Source: Eledone cirrhosa
Lineage: Eukaryota
Direction of reading: 5' to 3'
Assembly: GCA_964016885.1 (NCBI GenBank)
Contig: OZ024742.1
Span: forward strand, 50,530,001-50,594,000
DNA: 64,000 nt
Numbering within the stretch: position 1 is the first letter of the stretch; each line of letters opens with the position of its first letter. The translations under genes and the position numbers were made by a program. The notes under the pieces were generated by a model. That model did no database searches. It was not told where the DNA came from and saw only the letters and a program-made list of their open reading frames with translations. Shown here piece after piece: positions 29,077 to 42,725 of this stretch.

Positions 29077-32000
29077 GGGGAGGGGGGTGCACCTCATGTG
29101 ACTATGTGTTTGTGATAAACCTACATTACAAGAGCTGCATTCAAACGTTGACCATATCTTTTTCTTTTCAGTAAAATCTTACGTCCAGACATATATTTTC
29201 ACAATATATTATCGTAGTTATCCATTCTGAGCCATTATGTATGGTGGGAGAGGTACGCTCAAGGCCTTATCCTGAAAATGGTGACGTTTACTAAAGTTTA
29301 CAATTACATGTTCACACAAGTAATTTCGAAAAAATGTTCACCGTTGCCTAGAGGGGTGGTTTTTTTTTGTTGTTACGCCATTTGATTATATTGCATTTTT
29401 AGCCAAAGTATATCAACAAATAAGATTAACAATCCAATGTATGTTTTGCGTTGCATGGCAACCACACGTTTGTCTTGTATGATAAAAGCACGTTTTTATC
29501 CATTTTACGCAATGTTTGTCATTGCATTGTTTTTGTTTCCTTATTAGCAAACATGGCAAACATGGCAAAGGGCACGTACATGACAGTACCTACATGCATT
29601 ATCTATATCCCTGCAAAGGCTTTTGAACATACACTGAGTGGCTTGGGAAAATATTGAACACTATAAAAGTACTAAATTATATCACATCTGGGCAGAGAAG
29701 ATGACTTCATGAAATAAATGAAACAAAAATGATATTTTTGTAATGGAGAAACATTTGTCTATAGTGGTCATACATGATCCAAGTTTGATTGTCATAGCAT
29801 TACGGTTTCAGGAATAAACCTGGCGGAGTGTACTCTCAGACACTCCCTTGAATTATGGAGCCCTTAGAAAGGTCATATTTTATAGGGTTTAAGGTAGTCA
29901 TGGGCAATCTGTAGCCAGTGAAGCTTTTTGAATAGGTAGCTTAAGCAACCTAAGTGAAATATTTCTGATTTCTTTACTCCATCTTTTCAGTCGTAATATA
30001 TTTTTCTACAATTCTTATGATAGAGGAAACAATCTGTGTTATGATCAAAACAATCTGTGTTACTGTCCCTTTTTTAATGTGGGCACGAATGTAAATTAGC
30101 TCTTGCGGTCCGCCTAATGATGACCCATATCTCCTGCGGCCCGCTTCTCGAAAAGGGTTGCCCATTTCTGGTTTAAGGTATCAGTGTTACGTTTTGAAGG
30201 CGATGCTGACTGATAAATACAGGTTGTTCGAGTAAACACATAAAAACCTGTACTTTTGCCAGGATATAGTACTTGCATTGCTTATTGCAATGAAAACAAC
30301 ATTTGACTTGTTATTTTGCCGTGTTGCATAGCAGAATATCTAATTCGCTTCATTTCAAATTAAATGCATATCCTCAGGAGATATTATCCTAATGATAATA
30401 AGATCATAAACAAAGGAAGAATACTAATGCAGATAATAATCCCTATTGAATATAAGGTTGCAGAAGTGAGTTGAATTCATTGTATTTCTATGTCCTTGTG
30501 TATAAATGATAGAGTAATCGAATCAAATACGATATTGCCAAAACGGCATTGACAAAATTAATATTCATATAGTCCAGATAAAAGTAATATTTAGATTCTA
30601 TGTACAATGGATACCTCTTTGGTAGACTTATATCCATATATATATATAAACGTGTGTGTGTGTGTGTATGTGCGTGTGTGGCAGGTGCATGGGATGATAT
30701 GTACTTATATTTTGTATTCTTCCGATATCTATATATTTTCAGTCGGTTAATTTTCCCGCTACATTAATTGAAAGGCACGTTTGTCCGCTTGTCATATTAT
30801 GTCGATCAATTCACGTATGTTTCCTTTATTTACATTCAGTGGTTGTAACACTACTGACGTGTGTTCATTTACAGAGATAAACAACTCATGCACATACACA
30901 CTATGACATATACACACGCACACACACACTCACATATATGCAAACACATACACACACGCACACATATATATGTATATATATATATATATAGTGGTAACAA
31001 ACCGACATGATATATCCGTAGTAAGTAGAGCACTGAGCTGACGATCTCTTTGATTGTCTATATCTTCCCCTCTTTCTATCTATCTCTCGCTCTCAATCAC
31101 CTGCTCTCTCCCTCTCACACTCACTCACTCATTCTCTCTCCCTCCCTCCCTCCCTCTCTTTTTCTCTCTCTCTCCCTCTCTGAATATATATATATAAGTG
31201 TATGTGTGAGTGTTTGTACTCTATATAAATTGCGAAGGAGAGATATAGAAACACACACACAAACATTCACACTCACACACAGATACACCGCCGACACATA
31301 ACGACCCTCCCACGACCCCCCCCATATATATATATATATATATGCATGTACATATGCATGGATGTTTATCCAAGATATCTATTATATATTTCATTCCTAC
31401 TATCTCAGTTACCGCATCTATCTCTCAACTGCCAGCTAGTCGTACTCTGATGAATCAGTGGTATGATTCTTGTGGCCAATTCCATCTCCTGATAAAGTAT
31501 TTTCGGGGATACTCTATCCTTACATCACTAAGAGATGTCCTGATATAAGCATCTCTATTTTTCTTTTCTTGTTATTTTCCTTATTTTACATTCAGAAATA
31601 TTGTTTGTTGTTTTCAGGGTTGTGTTCGTTAAGTAGATGTTGAAATCGTAATCCCTTTGTTTCTATAAGGAAAAATAAAATCAAAGGTAAAAAAAAGAAA
31701 ATATTTATCTGATGCCAGCTTTTTAGCGTGCAGCTTCTGTTTTATAGTCCTGTTAGCATATTTTCTGTGTATACTTCGGGGCATATATAATTGGGTGGTT
31801 AACAGTTCTTATCTTGAAATCTCGAAATTCAGTGTCCGATTTCACAGCGTAATATACAGAGAAATAGCTTGACTAAATTCTCATACGTGACATGGCAGAA
31901 GAGCCAGTCCTTTAATATTATAGCTGCTAAAAAAAAAAAATTAATCCCCATCGTTATTATGTTTCAGTGAATGAATCTGAATGAATCTACTCAATAAACT

Positions 32001-32089
32001 TTGTTTGCATAAATATCCTACAATGGGCGGAAAAAACAATATGCTACTGTACTAGGATACATTTGAGTTAATCCACTTTGGAAAAGAGG

Positions 32090-32830
32090 ATTCACTGAAA
32101 CTTCCATATTCCCTTCCTTCGCGTGAAACCCTCGTGGAATATAATATCAGATACTTGGGTGTAATTGTGGACAACAACATAAGCTGAGCCACCCATATTA
32201 ACAACAAAGTTGTCATCGCCCGCAGAATGTGTTCGTGGATTTCTCAGACCATTCCAGTCGAGAGATATCCACACCATTATAATTCTCTTCTCCACCTTTG
32301 CCCGACCCCACATTGAATCCACTGTTGCCTCCCGACACAAAACAAAGCATCATGACAATTGAAGCACCTCAAAGGTCAATCACAAAATAGATAGATGGTA
32401 TGTCAGCCTTTGACTACTGGTCGACTAGAAAAGCTCAAAGTGTATTCTCTTCAACACCGCCCTGAGCGCTACATTATATGCATGACGTAGAAAATATTCC
32501 ATCAGCATTGTGCAAATGATGTTGGCATCACCTTTAAACTGCACTCAAGGCTTCTCTTCGTGCTTTATGACTACAACAAAAATCACACTCGCATCTCATA
32601 ACCACAATACGACACAATTATTCTCCTCAATTGGCCCGGTTCTCTTGAACATTATACTAAAACACATTAACACAGAAACAGACACCAACAATTTTAAGTC
32701 GATTTTGGACAAATCTCTTCAAGAAATGCTGGATAAACATCCCACACCTGGATATGTCTCCGTAGCAATAACTCTACTTGAATGGGCCATGGTGTACACA
32801 TCCTGATTTGAAAGACTTCACCAGGTGGTG
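32090..32830 (+). mobile_element. Old CR1/L2-like LINE 3' fragment
   Basis: Degenerate RT C-terminal motifs including NFKSILDKSLQEMLDKHPTPGY in ORF 32510-32806. Confidence 0.5.
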
Positions 32831-33460
32831 CTATCAAGTTAGGTATGTGGTATTCCACGTAAATCTCCCATATGTGGTAATTGGGTAACTTTCATTGTAA
32901 TTCTATTTTAATTGTTATATTATATCTTTATACGTATTTTTACTTGATGTTTTGTAAACTCCCACTGTCCGCAACTATGTTTCGGGCCTTGTGGCCAATA
33001 AAGCAATTATATATACTTTGTGATTTTTATATATGTCCATAGGAATGAAATTCATCCTGAAATTCATCCAAAAAAGCTGTGACGCGTACACATACAATGA
33101 AAGGATTGAAGTTTTCTGAGTACCCACCTCATTGTATTGCTGGTGTATGATTCTCTACAGTTGTATCCTTACACGTCAGCTTTATATCTTTACAGCGTGT
33201 ATATATGCCAGTTTTATTGTTTTGCTTGGTTCTCTGTAAGTAGTTTTTGAAGTTCATGTTTCGATAATATTGATTTTGTTTGTAAATAAATTATGTAAAT
33301 ATTGTGTCGTTTGTAATATTTTCTGCTTTCTAGTCGCCTTCAACTTAAACACACACGCACAAACATATATTTCTGAATATATACATATAAACGTACACAT
33401 ATACATATATATGTACATATATATATATATATATGCATATCAATATGTATATTTATATGT

Positions 33461-33495
<35 letters not shown>

Positions 33496-33507
33496 AATTA
33501 ATATGTA

Positions 33508-34323
33508 TGTGATGAAACACAGATACCAACACATCTGTATATATATTGCGAAAGAAACATTTAGCCAGATTGAAGTATACTAATTATTATACTACAGTTT
33601 GTCCATATCGATTTAAAATAATAAATCAACGGAGACGAACTGTATTGGCAAAAGGCCGTGATGTTTAGACACATTTAAATTTCAAAATCAAACCTGTTCC
33701 GTAGATAAGTTTAGACTTTAAGATCCAAATATGTTTCGAGTTAAATAAGTGTAGGAATATCAAGTCCCGCTCTCCTCAGTAAACATCCAGAGACAAATTG
33801 ATATGCTTCACTTCTAAATAATTTAAAAGACTGCGTGGCGCACATGGCTTTACAGTATCTAACTAGTCTCATAACCGTACTGCTAGAAATAACAGTCGTG
33901 TATATGAGGCGGCTTTGCAGCTCAAACTAGGAGCAGATTAAAATGAATAAGGTAATGAATTATTTTACAATGGAATCAGCTCGAATAAGGAAAAAATATC
34001 CCATGAGCAGTGTATAAAACATGTGATGAAACACAGATACCAACACATCTGTATATATATTGCGAAAGAAAAATTTAGCCAGATTGAAGTATACTAATTA
34101 TTATACTACAGTTTGTCCATATCGATTTAAAATAATAAATCAACGGAGACGAACTGTATTGGCAAAAGGCCGTGATGTTTAGACACATTTAAATTTCAAA
34201 ATCAAACCTGTTCCGTAGATAAGTTTAGACTTTAAGATCCAAATATGTTTCGAGTTAAAAGAAGTTAGAAGTGAAGCATATCAATTTGTCTCTGGATGTT
34301 TACTGAGGAGAGCGGGACTTGAT
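33508..34323. repeat. Local duplication: ~240 bp direct repeat plus ~60 bp inverted segment
   Basis: 33508-33745 = 34022-34259 (TGTGATGAAACACAGATACC..GAGTTAAA); 34265-34323 is the reverse complement of ~33758-33817. Confidence 0.9.
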
Positions 34324-34329
34324 ATATAT

Positions 34330-34380
<51 letters not shown>

Positions 34381-34419
34381 TACACATATAAATATATATA
34401 TTGATATGCATATATATAT

Positions 34420-34963
34420 ATAGATCCTTATTTGTTGGGTGTTCCCTCCAATATACGTTTAAAGCAGCACGGAGCATACGTGCGTATGCCCCGCCTAGGT
34501 TTTTCTCCAGTGTCGACGTTAGCATCCAAGTGATAGAACCATAAAGAAGCACAGATTCCACAGCAGCTCTGAAGAAATTCCTTTTCAGTTTGGCCGGCAG
34601 GTTTGATTTCCATATCTTTTCCATTGCATTCAATGCTCCCCGGGCTTTAAACGTGTCTTGGAGGGAACACCCAACATATAAGGATCTCTATGTCAATATA
34701 CCACCTATCAGCAGGTCAATACGATGGACAGAGACTCAGATTTGCTGGCCACTTGGCGCAGCAAGGAAGAAATAGCAGGTGATGTGTTGTTATGGAGTCC
34801 ATCTCATGAACCAAGAAACGCTGGTCGTCACAAGAAGACATGCGTCAAGCAACTTGAGGACGATACTGGATGCACTGCGGAAGAACTGGCAAACGCTATG
34901 AGAGACAGAGATGGATGGAGGAAACATGTCGTAGAAAGCCGAGCAAGCTCGATCTGATGATGA

Positions 34964-35007
<44 letters not shown>

Positions 35008-35208
35008 TGAATCCACTGTTGGTCCGATTTAGGTATATATATATATATATCATCATCAGATCGAACTTGCTCGGCTTTCTACAACATGTTTCCTCCATCC
35101 ATCTCTGTCTCTCATAGCGTTTGCCAGTTCTTCCGCAGTGCATCCAGTATCGTCCTCAAGTTGCTTGACGCATGTCTTCTTGTGACGACCAGCGTTTCTT
35201 GCTCCATG
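34420..35208. mobile_element. RTE-like LINE 3' end present as three alternately inverted pieces
   Basis: Minus 34420-34633: FFRAAVESVLLYGS..RMLRAALNVYWREHPTNKDLY. Plus 34634-34965 continues to RDRDGWR and a (TGA)n tail. 35050-35208 is an inverted copy of the tail. Confidence 0.85.
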
Positions 35209-35601
35209 AAAATGTTTAAAACAAAATATTTTACTTTGTGTGAGGTGTTAAGGTATTAGTTAATTTATTTATTAATTAACAATGGCATTTATTTATGTAT
35301 TCATATATTTGATAATTGTCTATTACGGGTATTCAGCATTTTATGATTTAACAAAGGGCGGAATTGTTATTGGTGTAAAATGTTGGTGATGTTGAACATG
35401 TTAAGGAAATGGTGAAGAAAGAATAATGTTATTTACAAACAAGGTTTTTTTAAGTGAAAAGAAAGAAAAAAAGGGAACGTAATGTGGAGCATAAGGTATT
35501 GCGAAAGAAAAAATAATATTATTTGTAGTCATAGTTCTTGAAGATAAGAAATTCAAGATGTGTTTTTATGGCAAGAGTGCTGAGTTGATCCATGATGGAG
35601 G

Positions 35602-35674
<73 letters not shown>

Positions 35675-36084
35675 AATAAAATATAAATTAGCGAGATTCG
35701 TATTTCGGCTATTGAAAATTAGCGAAAAACGACTTCCGAGATGTGTGGCAAGCGCTCCATAGAAACTAGTGAACTAGAGCTACACCATAAGTTCAAAGGC
35801 TAAACACACGGAGACGATGGTTAAACCATTATCCGCACAGCCATAGAAACGACCAAGTAATTCGGGTCAAATAAATGAAATATGATTGAAAATTATACCC
35901 GGACACCTGCAAGGTGGGTATAATCCAGCATTTTGGGTTTCTGCAACTCCTAAATCAAATACTGTCTGCTTAGACAAATAATGTTAAGCTTTTGGTAAGA
36001 TGATCGAACACCGATGTCACTTACTCAACAGGCTTTTAGTTCAAGTGCCAAGCGAAGGAGTGACCGTTATCAAGACCCACGTAG

Positions 36085-36119
36085 GCATACCGCCTATGGA
36101 AGCATCGTAGCTACCATCA

Positions 36120-36193
<74 letters not shown>

Positions 36194-36230
36194 ACCACAC
36201 ACACACGCACACATATATATATATATGTAA

Positions 36231-36261
<31 letters not shown>

Positions 36262-36344
36262 ACCTTGACCGACCAGTCTCTCGGGCACCAATCGGCGCCA
36301 CTGGTCACAGCACGTCGTGCTGTTTTAGCCATAAGATAACGAGT

Positions 36345-36390
<46 letters not shown>

Positions 36391-36430
36391 CTGATGGTAG
36401 CTACGATGCTTCCATAGGCGGTATGCCGCT
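36085..36430. repeat. Inverted repeat including (CA)n/(TG)n tracts
   Basis: GGCATACCGCCTATGGAAGCATCGTAGCTACCATCAGACAC.. mirrors ..GTGTCTGATGGTAGCTACGATGCTTCCATAGGCGGTATGCC; related direct copy at ~39985-40070. Confidence 0.85.
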
Positions 36431-36661
36431 AAAGCACTCTATGCTCTTACAGTGCAGAGTATGATAGAATAGAAAACGAAAAATCAGTGATGCACCTGAA
36501 CTCAATTTATTGTGTGTTACAATTGTTTCGCCGGCCGACAGCACGAGACGCGATCATTGTATGGATCTGTGTGACTCTGGACCCGCAGGATCGACGGACA
36601 CGTCTAATGATTCCGGAGCATATTCTCTAACACACGAATGCATCACTGATTTTTCTCTTTC

Positions 36662-36709
<48 letters not shown>

Positions 36710-36712
<3 letters not shown>

Positions 36713-36785
36713 CTTGGAGTTCGATTCCCGGACTGGGCAGTGCGTTATGACCTTGAACAAGACACTTTATTTCACATTGCTCCTT
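36710..36785 (+). mobile_element. tRNA/CORE-type SINE fragment
   Basis: B-box GGAGTTCGATTCCC followed by CORE-like GACCTTGAACAAGACACTT. Confidence 0.55.
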
Positions 36786-36960
36786 TTACCTGGATTTGCG
36801 AAAGATAGATAGTATTAGCAATCGGAAAGACCAATGGAACCATTGTTTCCTCGGTTCGATTTGACAAAAGTCGATCGTTCCTTTTATATATATATATACA
36901 TACACATGCCACCACTGTTCGTAACTACAGTCCTTGTTATTGTTTTTGTTTTTTACTTTG

Positions 36961-37028
<68 letters not shown>

Positions 37029-37029
37029 T

Positions 37030-39740
37030 ATGAGTGGATCTTGTGTAAACTCCACAACGAGAACATCGACACTAACAAACAGACGGACCAGAACCACGTG
37101 GAAAACAACAACTTAACAACCACCTCCGCCGCATCCACCAACACCGAGCCACACCTCAACGATGCGACGCACCTGGTCACCGACCTAACCGGCACTCTCA
37201 CGAGCGACGAGCTGAAACTCCTACACCTCGGATCCAAGTTCATCGTCTCACAACGACTTGACGACAGACTCAAACTCAACATCGAGGCCAACTTTTGTTG
37301 AGCCGCTTACCAACTTTAATGGGTGACCGCTATCAACAGCGCCACAGAAAATAACAGCGCCCACGCAACCCACCCCAAGTTGCCCACTTACCACTCCGAC
37401 AACCCACTCCACCCCCCAAATACCAACCACGATCTCGACACTAAACTCATCAGGCTAAAACACTACATCGCGGATATACTTCACAAACACACACACTCAC
37501 GCACAACACACAACCTCACCAAATCTTAACTCGCCACTCTCTCCAACCTAAAATCGAAGAACCTCATCTACCTCCCCTCCGACAAGGGAAAAGTATTTTG
37601 TGTCATCAGCAGAGAGGCCTACAATACCCTGGCCCTCCAACACCTTGACGATGCCAACCTCTACTCCAAGGTCACGGGAATCACACACGCGCAGATAGAA
37701 GAGCACATCAACGCCGCCTGGACCAACATCTGCGACCGGCGGAAACTCCCGAAGAAGATGAGATACAACCTCCTCACGAGGAACTGCAGACTACCCGCCT
37801 TCTACCACCTTGTGAAAAAAAACAAACAGGGACCCGACCTGAAGATCAGGCCCATTGTATCGAGCGTGAAAGGACCACTCTACAAAATTTCATGGCTCCA
37901 ATCCAGAATACTAAAATCCATCTTAGACACCTTGCCAGGACACGTTAACAGCTCAGAGGAGGTGTTGAAGCGCATGCATCAAATGGATCCCGACACCAGA
38001 AAGAATAAAATATATGCCTACAGCATTGATGTAGTCGCTCTCTACACCTCGGTCCCGGCACTCCCGGCCATCAACATACTGATGGAACGCGTCCAATCCA
38101 CCGAACTACACTACTTTGGGCTCACCACCACTGACATCCACCAACTCCTATCCAGCGTCGTAGGATTCCTTGGCCAAACATACCAACAAACCTCGGGACT
38201 GCCCATGGGATCAAGCCTATCGGGTGTGCTAGCGACCTCTTACATGGACAGCCTCGAGCGCAAGGCACTCAACGCCTGCCACCCCAACGCCGTCGCCTTT
38301 TTCTCAAGGTACGTGGACGATATCCTCATCCTCACAATTTCCGAAGACGTGGCGAACAGAATCTATGAGACGTTCAACAACACGGACGAAAACATTTACT
38401 TCAGTGTTGAACACCCCAACGACGACGGGTCATTTGCCCTCCTCGACTTCCGAATCAGCATTAAGGAACAGGGAGGTATCCACTGCAACTTCTACCGAAA
38501 GGCAGCCTACAGGGACCTGGTCGTCCACTACAAATCCGCCCTCGCTAACAGTGCCAAAAGAGGATACATCACGAATGAGATCGCTCGAATCAAAAACAGA
38601 TGCAGCCATCCCGCGAGTGGTGTCACTCATACCAAGCGATTCCTCGAGGTGCTGGAAACGAAAAGGTACCCCCACCTCGCTCACAAACAGAGTAGGAGAC
38701 ATCAGACACAAGAGACAGAGAGGCACCCAAGGCAAGTGCTTCCTTAAAATGCCACACCTGGGAGAGAATATCACCAACGCTATCCGCAAGGCTATACGGA
38801 GGGAGGGCCTCGACATCCACCTGGCCCACTCGGGCCCCTCCCTGCGAAGATGCCTCTCCAGGAAACCCGGGAAATCAACTGACGCGTGTTCTCTCAGAGA
38901 CTGCCCGATGCGCCATGCGAACTGTTGCCTACGCACATACGTCGTGTATAAGATAGCATGTAACAAGTGCAACCAATACTATATAGGTAGCACAATCCGG
39001 CTGGTGCACATCCGGATCAAGGAACACACTAAAACCAGGGCCTCGTCTTTCCGGAAACACATACCCAAATGCGGAAACAAAGAGGGAAGGCTCATTGTCA
39101 CAATTCTAGCGACAGAAAGAAACGTCGGCACGTTACATATCAAGGAAGCACTTTGGATCAAACGCCTAGTGCCACAAATAAACAATCGATCCGAGAGATG
39201 CGAAATGAGGTGGTTGGTTTAAGTTAACAAACGATGCAGCAACACACGCACACACGCACACACACACACAAGCGAGACAGCAACACACGCGCACACACAC
39301 ACACACACAGTAGCATTCAACCATACGAATATACTACACTGCCAACAGAGGAACAAAGCAACAACACACGCACACACACACACACACTCAAGCGAGACAA
39401 CAACACACGCACACACGCACACACACACAGTAACATTCACCAAACAGGCAGAGAATAGACTGACAGCTAGCGCCACCCCATTCCCACAATTGAAAGAACT
39501 ACTTCGGCCGCTGACCTCTGCCTGACCGACCCCATTTCACGCGCACGCGCGCTCTGCTGAATACCTCAGATATTCAAAAAAACGAACAGCGGAGGACACG
39601 TTTCGCAACTTTCCGACAGACAACCCCCCCCCCCTGGGAAAACACCCCAGTTGATGGATGTGAATCCGAAATATATAGGGACAATTAAATCTCTCCCAAG
39701 GTAACTCTTTCTCGTGTTGTTATTTTTATTTTTATCCTTT
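37030..39740 (+). mobile_element. Near full-length, relatively GC-rich Penelope-like element with few disabling mutations
   Basis: LPSDKGK (~37575); ORF 37758-38747 (RPIVSS, SIDVVALYTSVP, GLPMGSSLSG, SRYVDDIL); frameshift into 38365-39222 (VVYKIACNKCNQYYIGSTIR..RIKEH, GIY-YIG). Degenerate hammerhead at 39645-39680 (GGATGTGAATCC-GAAA-TATATA-GGG). Confidence 0.93.
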
Positions 39741-39944
39741 ACGCTCATTCCTTCATTCCTCTACACAGTACAGTCTTATACACGCAACGCTTCTACACGT
39801 ACACACACGTACACACATTTACATCTCTCTCTCCACCACCGGATATTGTTACCCTGAGATTTACCCATCTGCATTGTCGAGGCTTCCAAACGATTTAAAG
39901 AAATTTACCTTATTATTCCACAATGCTTCAAGCAAACTTCAATA

Positions 39945-39995
<51 letters not shown>

Positions 39996-40053
39996 CTGAT
40001 GGTAGCTAGGATGTTTCCATATGCGATATGCCGGTTGAGCACTCTATGCTCTT

Positions 40054-40146
40054 GCAGAGCAGAGTATAATATTACGCAACAATGCAGAGCAGAGTATGCA
40101 TATTATGCAACGATGCAGAGCAGAGTATGCATATTATGCAACAATC
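40054..40146. repeat. 31 bp tandem repeat, 3 copies
   Basis: GCAGAGCAGAGTATGCATATTATGCAACGAT units. Confidence 0.85.
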
Positions 40147-40508
40147 CACAATCGGCTTATGCGGATTCATCAGCGGGTATCGCGTAATCAATAACCAATC
40201 GTTCGACAGAATCCTAAGACCATTCTATGCCGGCCATGACTGTTTGTGAAGACTGAAACGATAAAGCTATTAGCAACTGGCACCCGATAGGACACTATCT
40301 ATCAAACAGCCACTGATTTACAAATTTTACGTGGGGACGGAAAGCTAAAAAGTATCAATCTTTTCGTTCCTGTCAGAAGCCCTCAGCCAACGTGTCTCAC
40401 ACACAAATTATCAAGAGGTGAAAAGATGGCCATTAGAAATAGCAGTTCACATTGATAAAACATAGAATGGTAGCATTTGATTCATATCTCCAAGCCCTAT
40501 ATATACAT

Positions 40509-40571
<63 letters not shown>

Positions 40572-40657
40572 ATAGAAAAGGAAAAATCAGTGATGCATCT
40601 GAACTGAATTTATTGTGTATTACAATTGTCCGCCGGCGGACAATTGCACCACGATAT

Positions 40658-41356
40658 TCTGGGTTAGAAAATGATTAAAACGGAATATTTTACTTTGTGT
40701 GAAGTGTTAAGGTATTAGTTGATTTATTTCTTAATTAACAATGGCATTTATTTATTTATTTATATATTTAATAATTGTCTATTACCGGTTTCAAGATTTT
40801 TATGCATTATCAAATGATAGTGATATGTATTGCTGTAGAATGGTGGTGTTAGATATGTTAAAGAAATGGAGCAGAAAGAATAATGTTATTTACAAACAAA
40901 GTTTATGAAGTGAAAAGAAAAAAGAAAAAAAAGGGGCGTAATGTGGAGAATAAAATGTCATGGATACTCTAAGCACCATTGCTATATTAACAATTTTGAT
41001 CTGCTTAACTTCAAGAACTATGCCTGTAAATAACATTATTTTTTCTTTTACATTGGCTTTTATGCTCCACATTAACCCCCTTTTTTCCTTCTTATTTTCT
41101 CTTTTCACTTCATAAACCTTGTTTGTAAATAACATTATTCTTTCTGCACCATTTCTTTAACATGTCCAACACCACCATTCTACACCAATACATATCACTA
41201 TCATTTGATAATGCATAACAATTCTGAAACCGGTAATAGACAATTATTAAATATATAAATAAATAAATGCCATTGTTGATTAATAAATAAATCACCTAAT
41301 ACATTAACACTTCACACAAAGTAAAATATCTCCTTTTAATCATGTTCTAACCCAGG
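40658..41356. repeat. Fold-back with ~290 bp inverted arms; related direct copy at ~35210-35600
   Basis: CTGGGTTAGAAAATGATTAAAA..AATGTGGAG (40658-40950) mirrors 41064-41356. Confidence 0.88.
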
Positions 41357-41489
41357 AAAAATAGAGAAAGAAATAAAAAGGGAAAAAAAATTTTGTCTTC
41401 CTAATAATCGTCTTTATCTCCCTGTTTTCATATATCCTAACTCGTGTGCTTCCTCTCCACATTTTATTATATATATATACACACACACA

Positions 41490-41549
<60 letters not shown>

Positions 41550-41550
<1 letters not shown>

Positions 41551-41860
41551 TTCGGTTTTGAATTTGTCGTGCAAAACATCTTATCAGAAAATCTATGCTG
41601 AAATAGATATTTTGATACTTTTAGAGGGTCATACTACCAATAAAAACACACGTACCTGGTGACTTTTGCTTCAATTCATTACACATTTCCGGTTGGTTTT
41701 CTCAGAAAGAAGATGAAAAAGAAGAAACACAAAATATTGAAACAGTTACTGAGGAAGTCACAACAAAATGTGTGGCGAAAGAGCTTTGACAATATATAAA
41801 TAGCAACCCGGAAATTGAGCCAACTAATAAATTGAACTAAAAACGAACAGGTACCTGTGT

Positions 41861-41865
<5 letters not shown>
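41550..41865. mobile_element. Non-coding inverted pLTR pair related to the 3265 PLE family, with hammerhead at 41745-41790
   Basis: 41550-41697 resembles 3265-3445 (minus orientation); followed by plus-strand CTGAGGA..GAAA-GAGC-TT-TGACAATATATAAA; (TA)n on both sides. Confidence 0.65.
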
Positions 41866-41949
<84 letters not shown>

Positions 41950-42344
41950 GGTTTGTTGGTTCACTACCGGATAGAATTGGTCATTCCGTATGGTCAATAT
42001 TGATGTAATATTATGGAAAGTACTCAACGTAGTGCAGTTCACCCGTCTTCGTTTGTGTAGTTGGTGGTGCGAATACGGAGTTAATTATTATGAATAAAAA
42101 ACAGGAGGCTGGACTGGTGTAAATCCTTGAAAAGTTTATTATACTATGATCATTTCAAATAACGGGTTCCGTATGAATCCGGTGATACCATCAGGTATTC
42201 GAAATATAATAAAGGAATATATAAAAATCCAGGGGTCCGAAAATCAGTGACATAGAGGACGACTGACCAACTAGCTGTTTTCACCTCGGTCAGTCGCCCT
42301 CACGTGATGCCTATTCGGTCTACTAATGACCATCTGGTGAAGGG

Positions 42345-42394
42345 GCGAAGGCTTATAGTGTACTAACACCCCTCCGTCAGAGAATACAAAAAGA

Positions 42395-42487
<93 letters not shown>

Positions 42488-42725
42488 AAAGTCAGCGTAA
42501 GGTTCACACTACAGTAGGCAAGAAAACGCCGCGAAAAATGTTATTCCAAAGAACCTATGTTTTAACAATTGCATATATAATGGGTGTCTGTATGGTCAAA
42601 TGTGTGAACAGAAAATTGGAACATTAACTTATGTTAAGAGTTAAAGGATGACTTTTCTTCTTTCTTTTTTTCTTTCTTCTCTTTTTTATTCTCTGACGAA
42701 GAGGTGGTAGTACATTATAAGCCTT
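42345..42725. repeat. Short inverted repeat enclosing a (GAAA)n tract
   Basis: AGGCTTATAGTGTACTAACACCCCTCCGTCAGAGAATA.. mirrors ..TATTCTCTGACGAAGAGGTGGTAGTACATTATAAGCCT; (GAAA)n at 42398-42488. Confidence 0.75.

Noticed and set aside
38430-38972. Antisense ORFs over PLEs (also 46918-47496 and 47842-48519)
   Set aside because: Shadows of the sense-strand RT/EN frames with no independent motifs.
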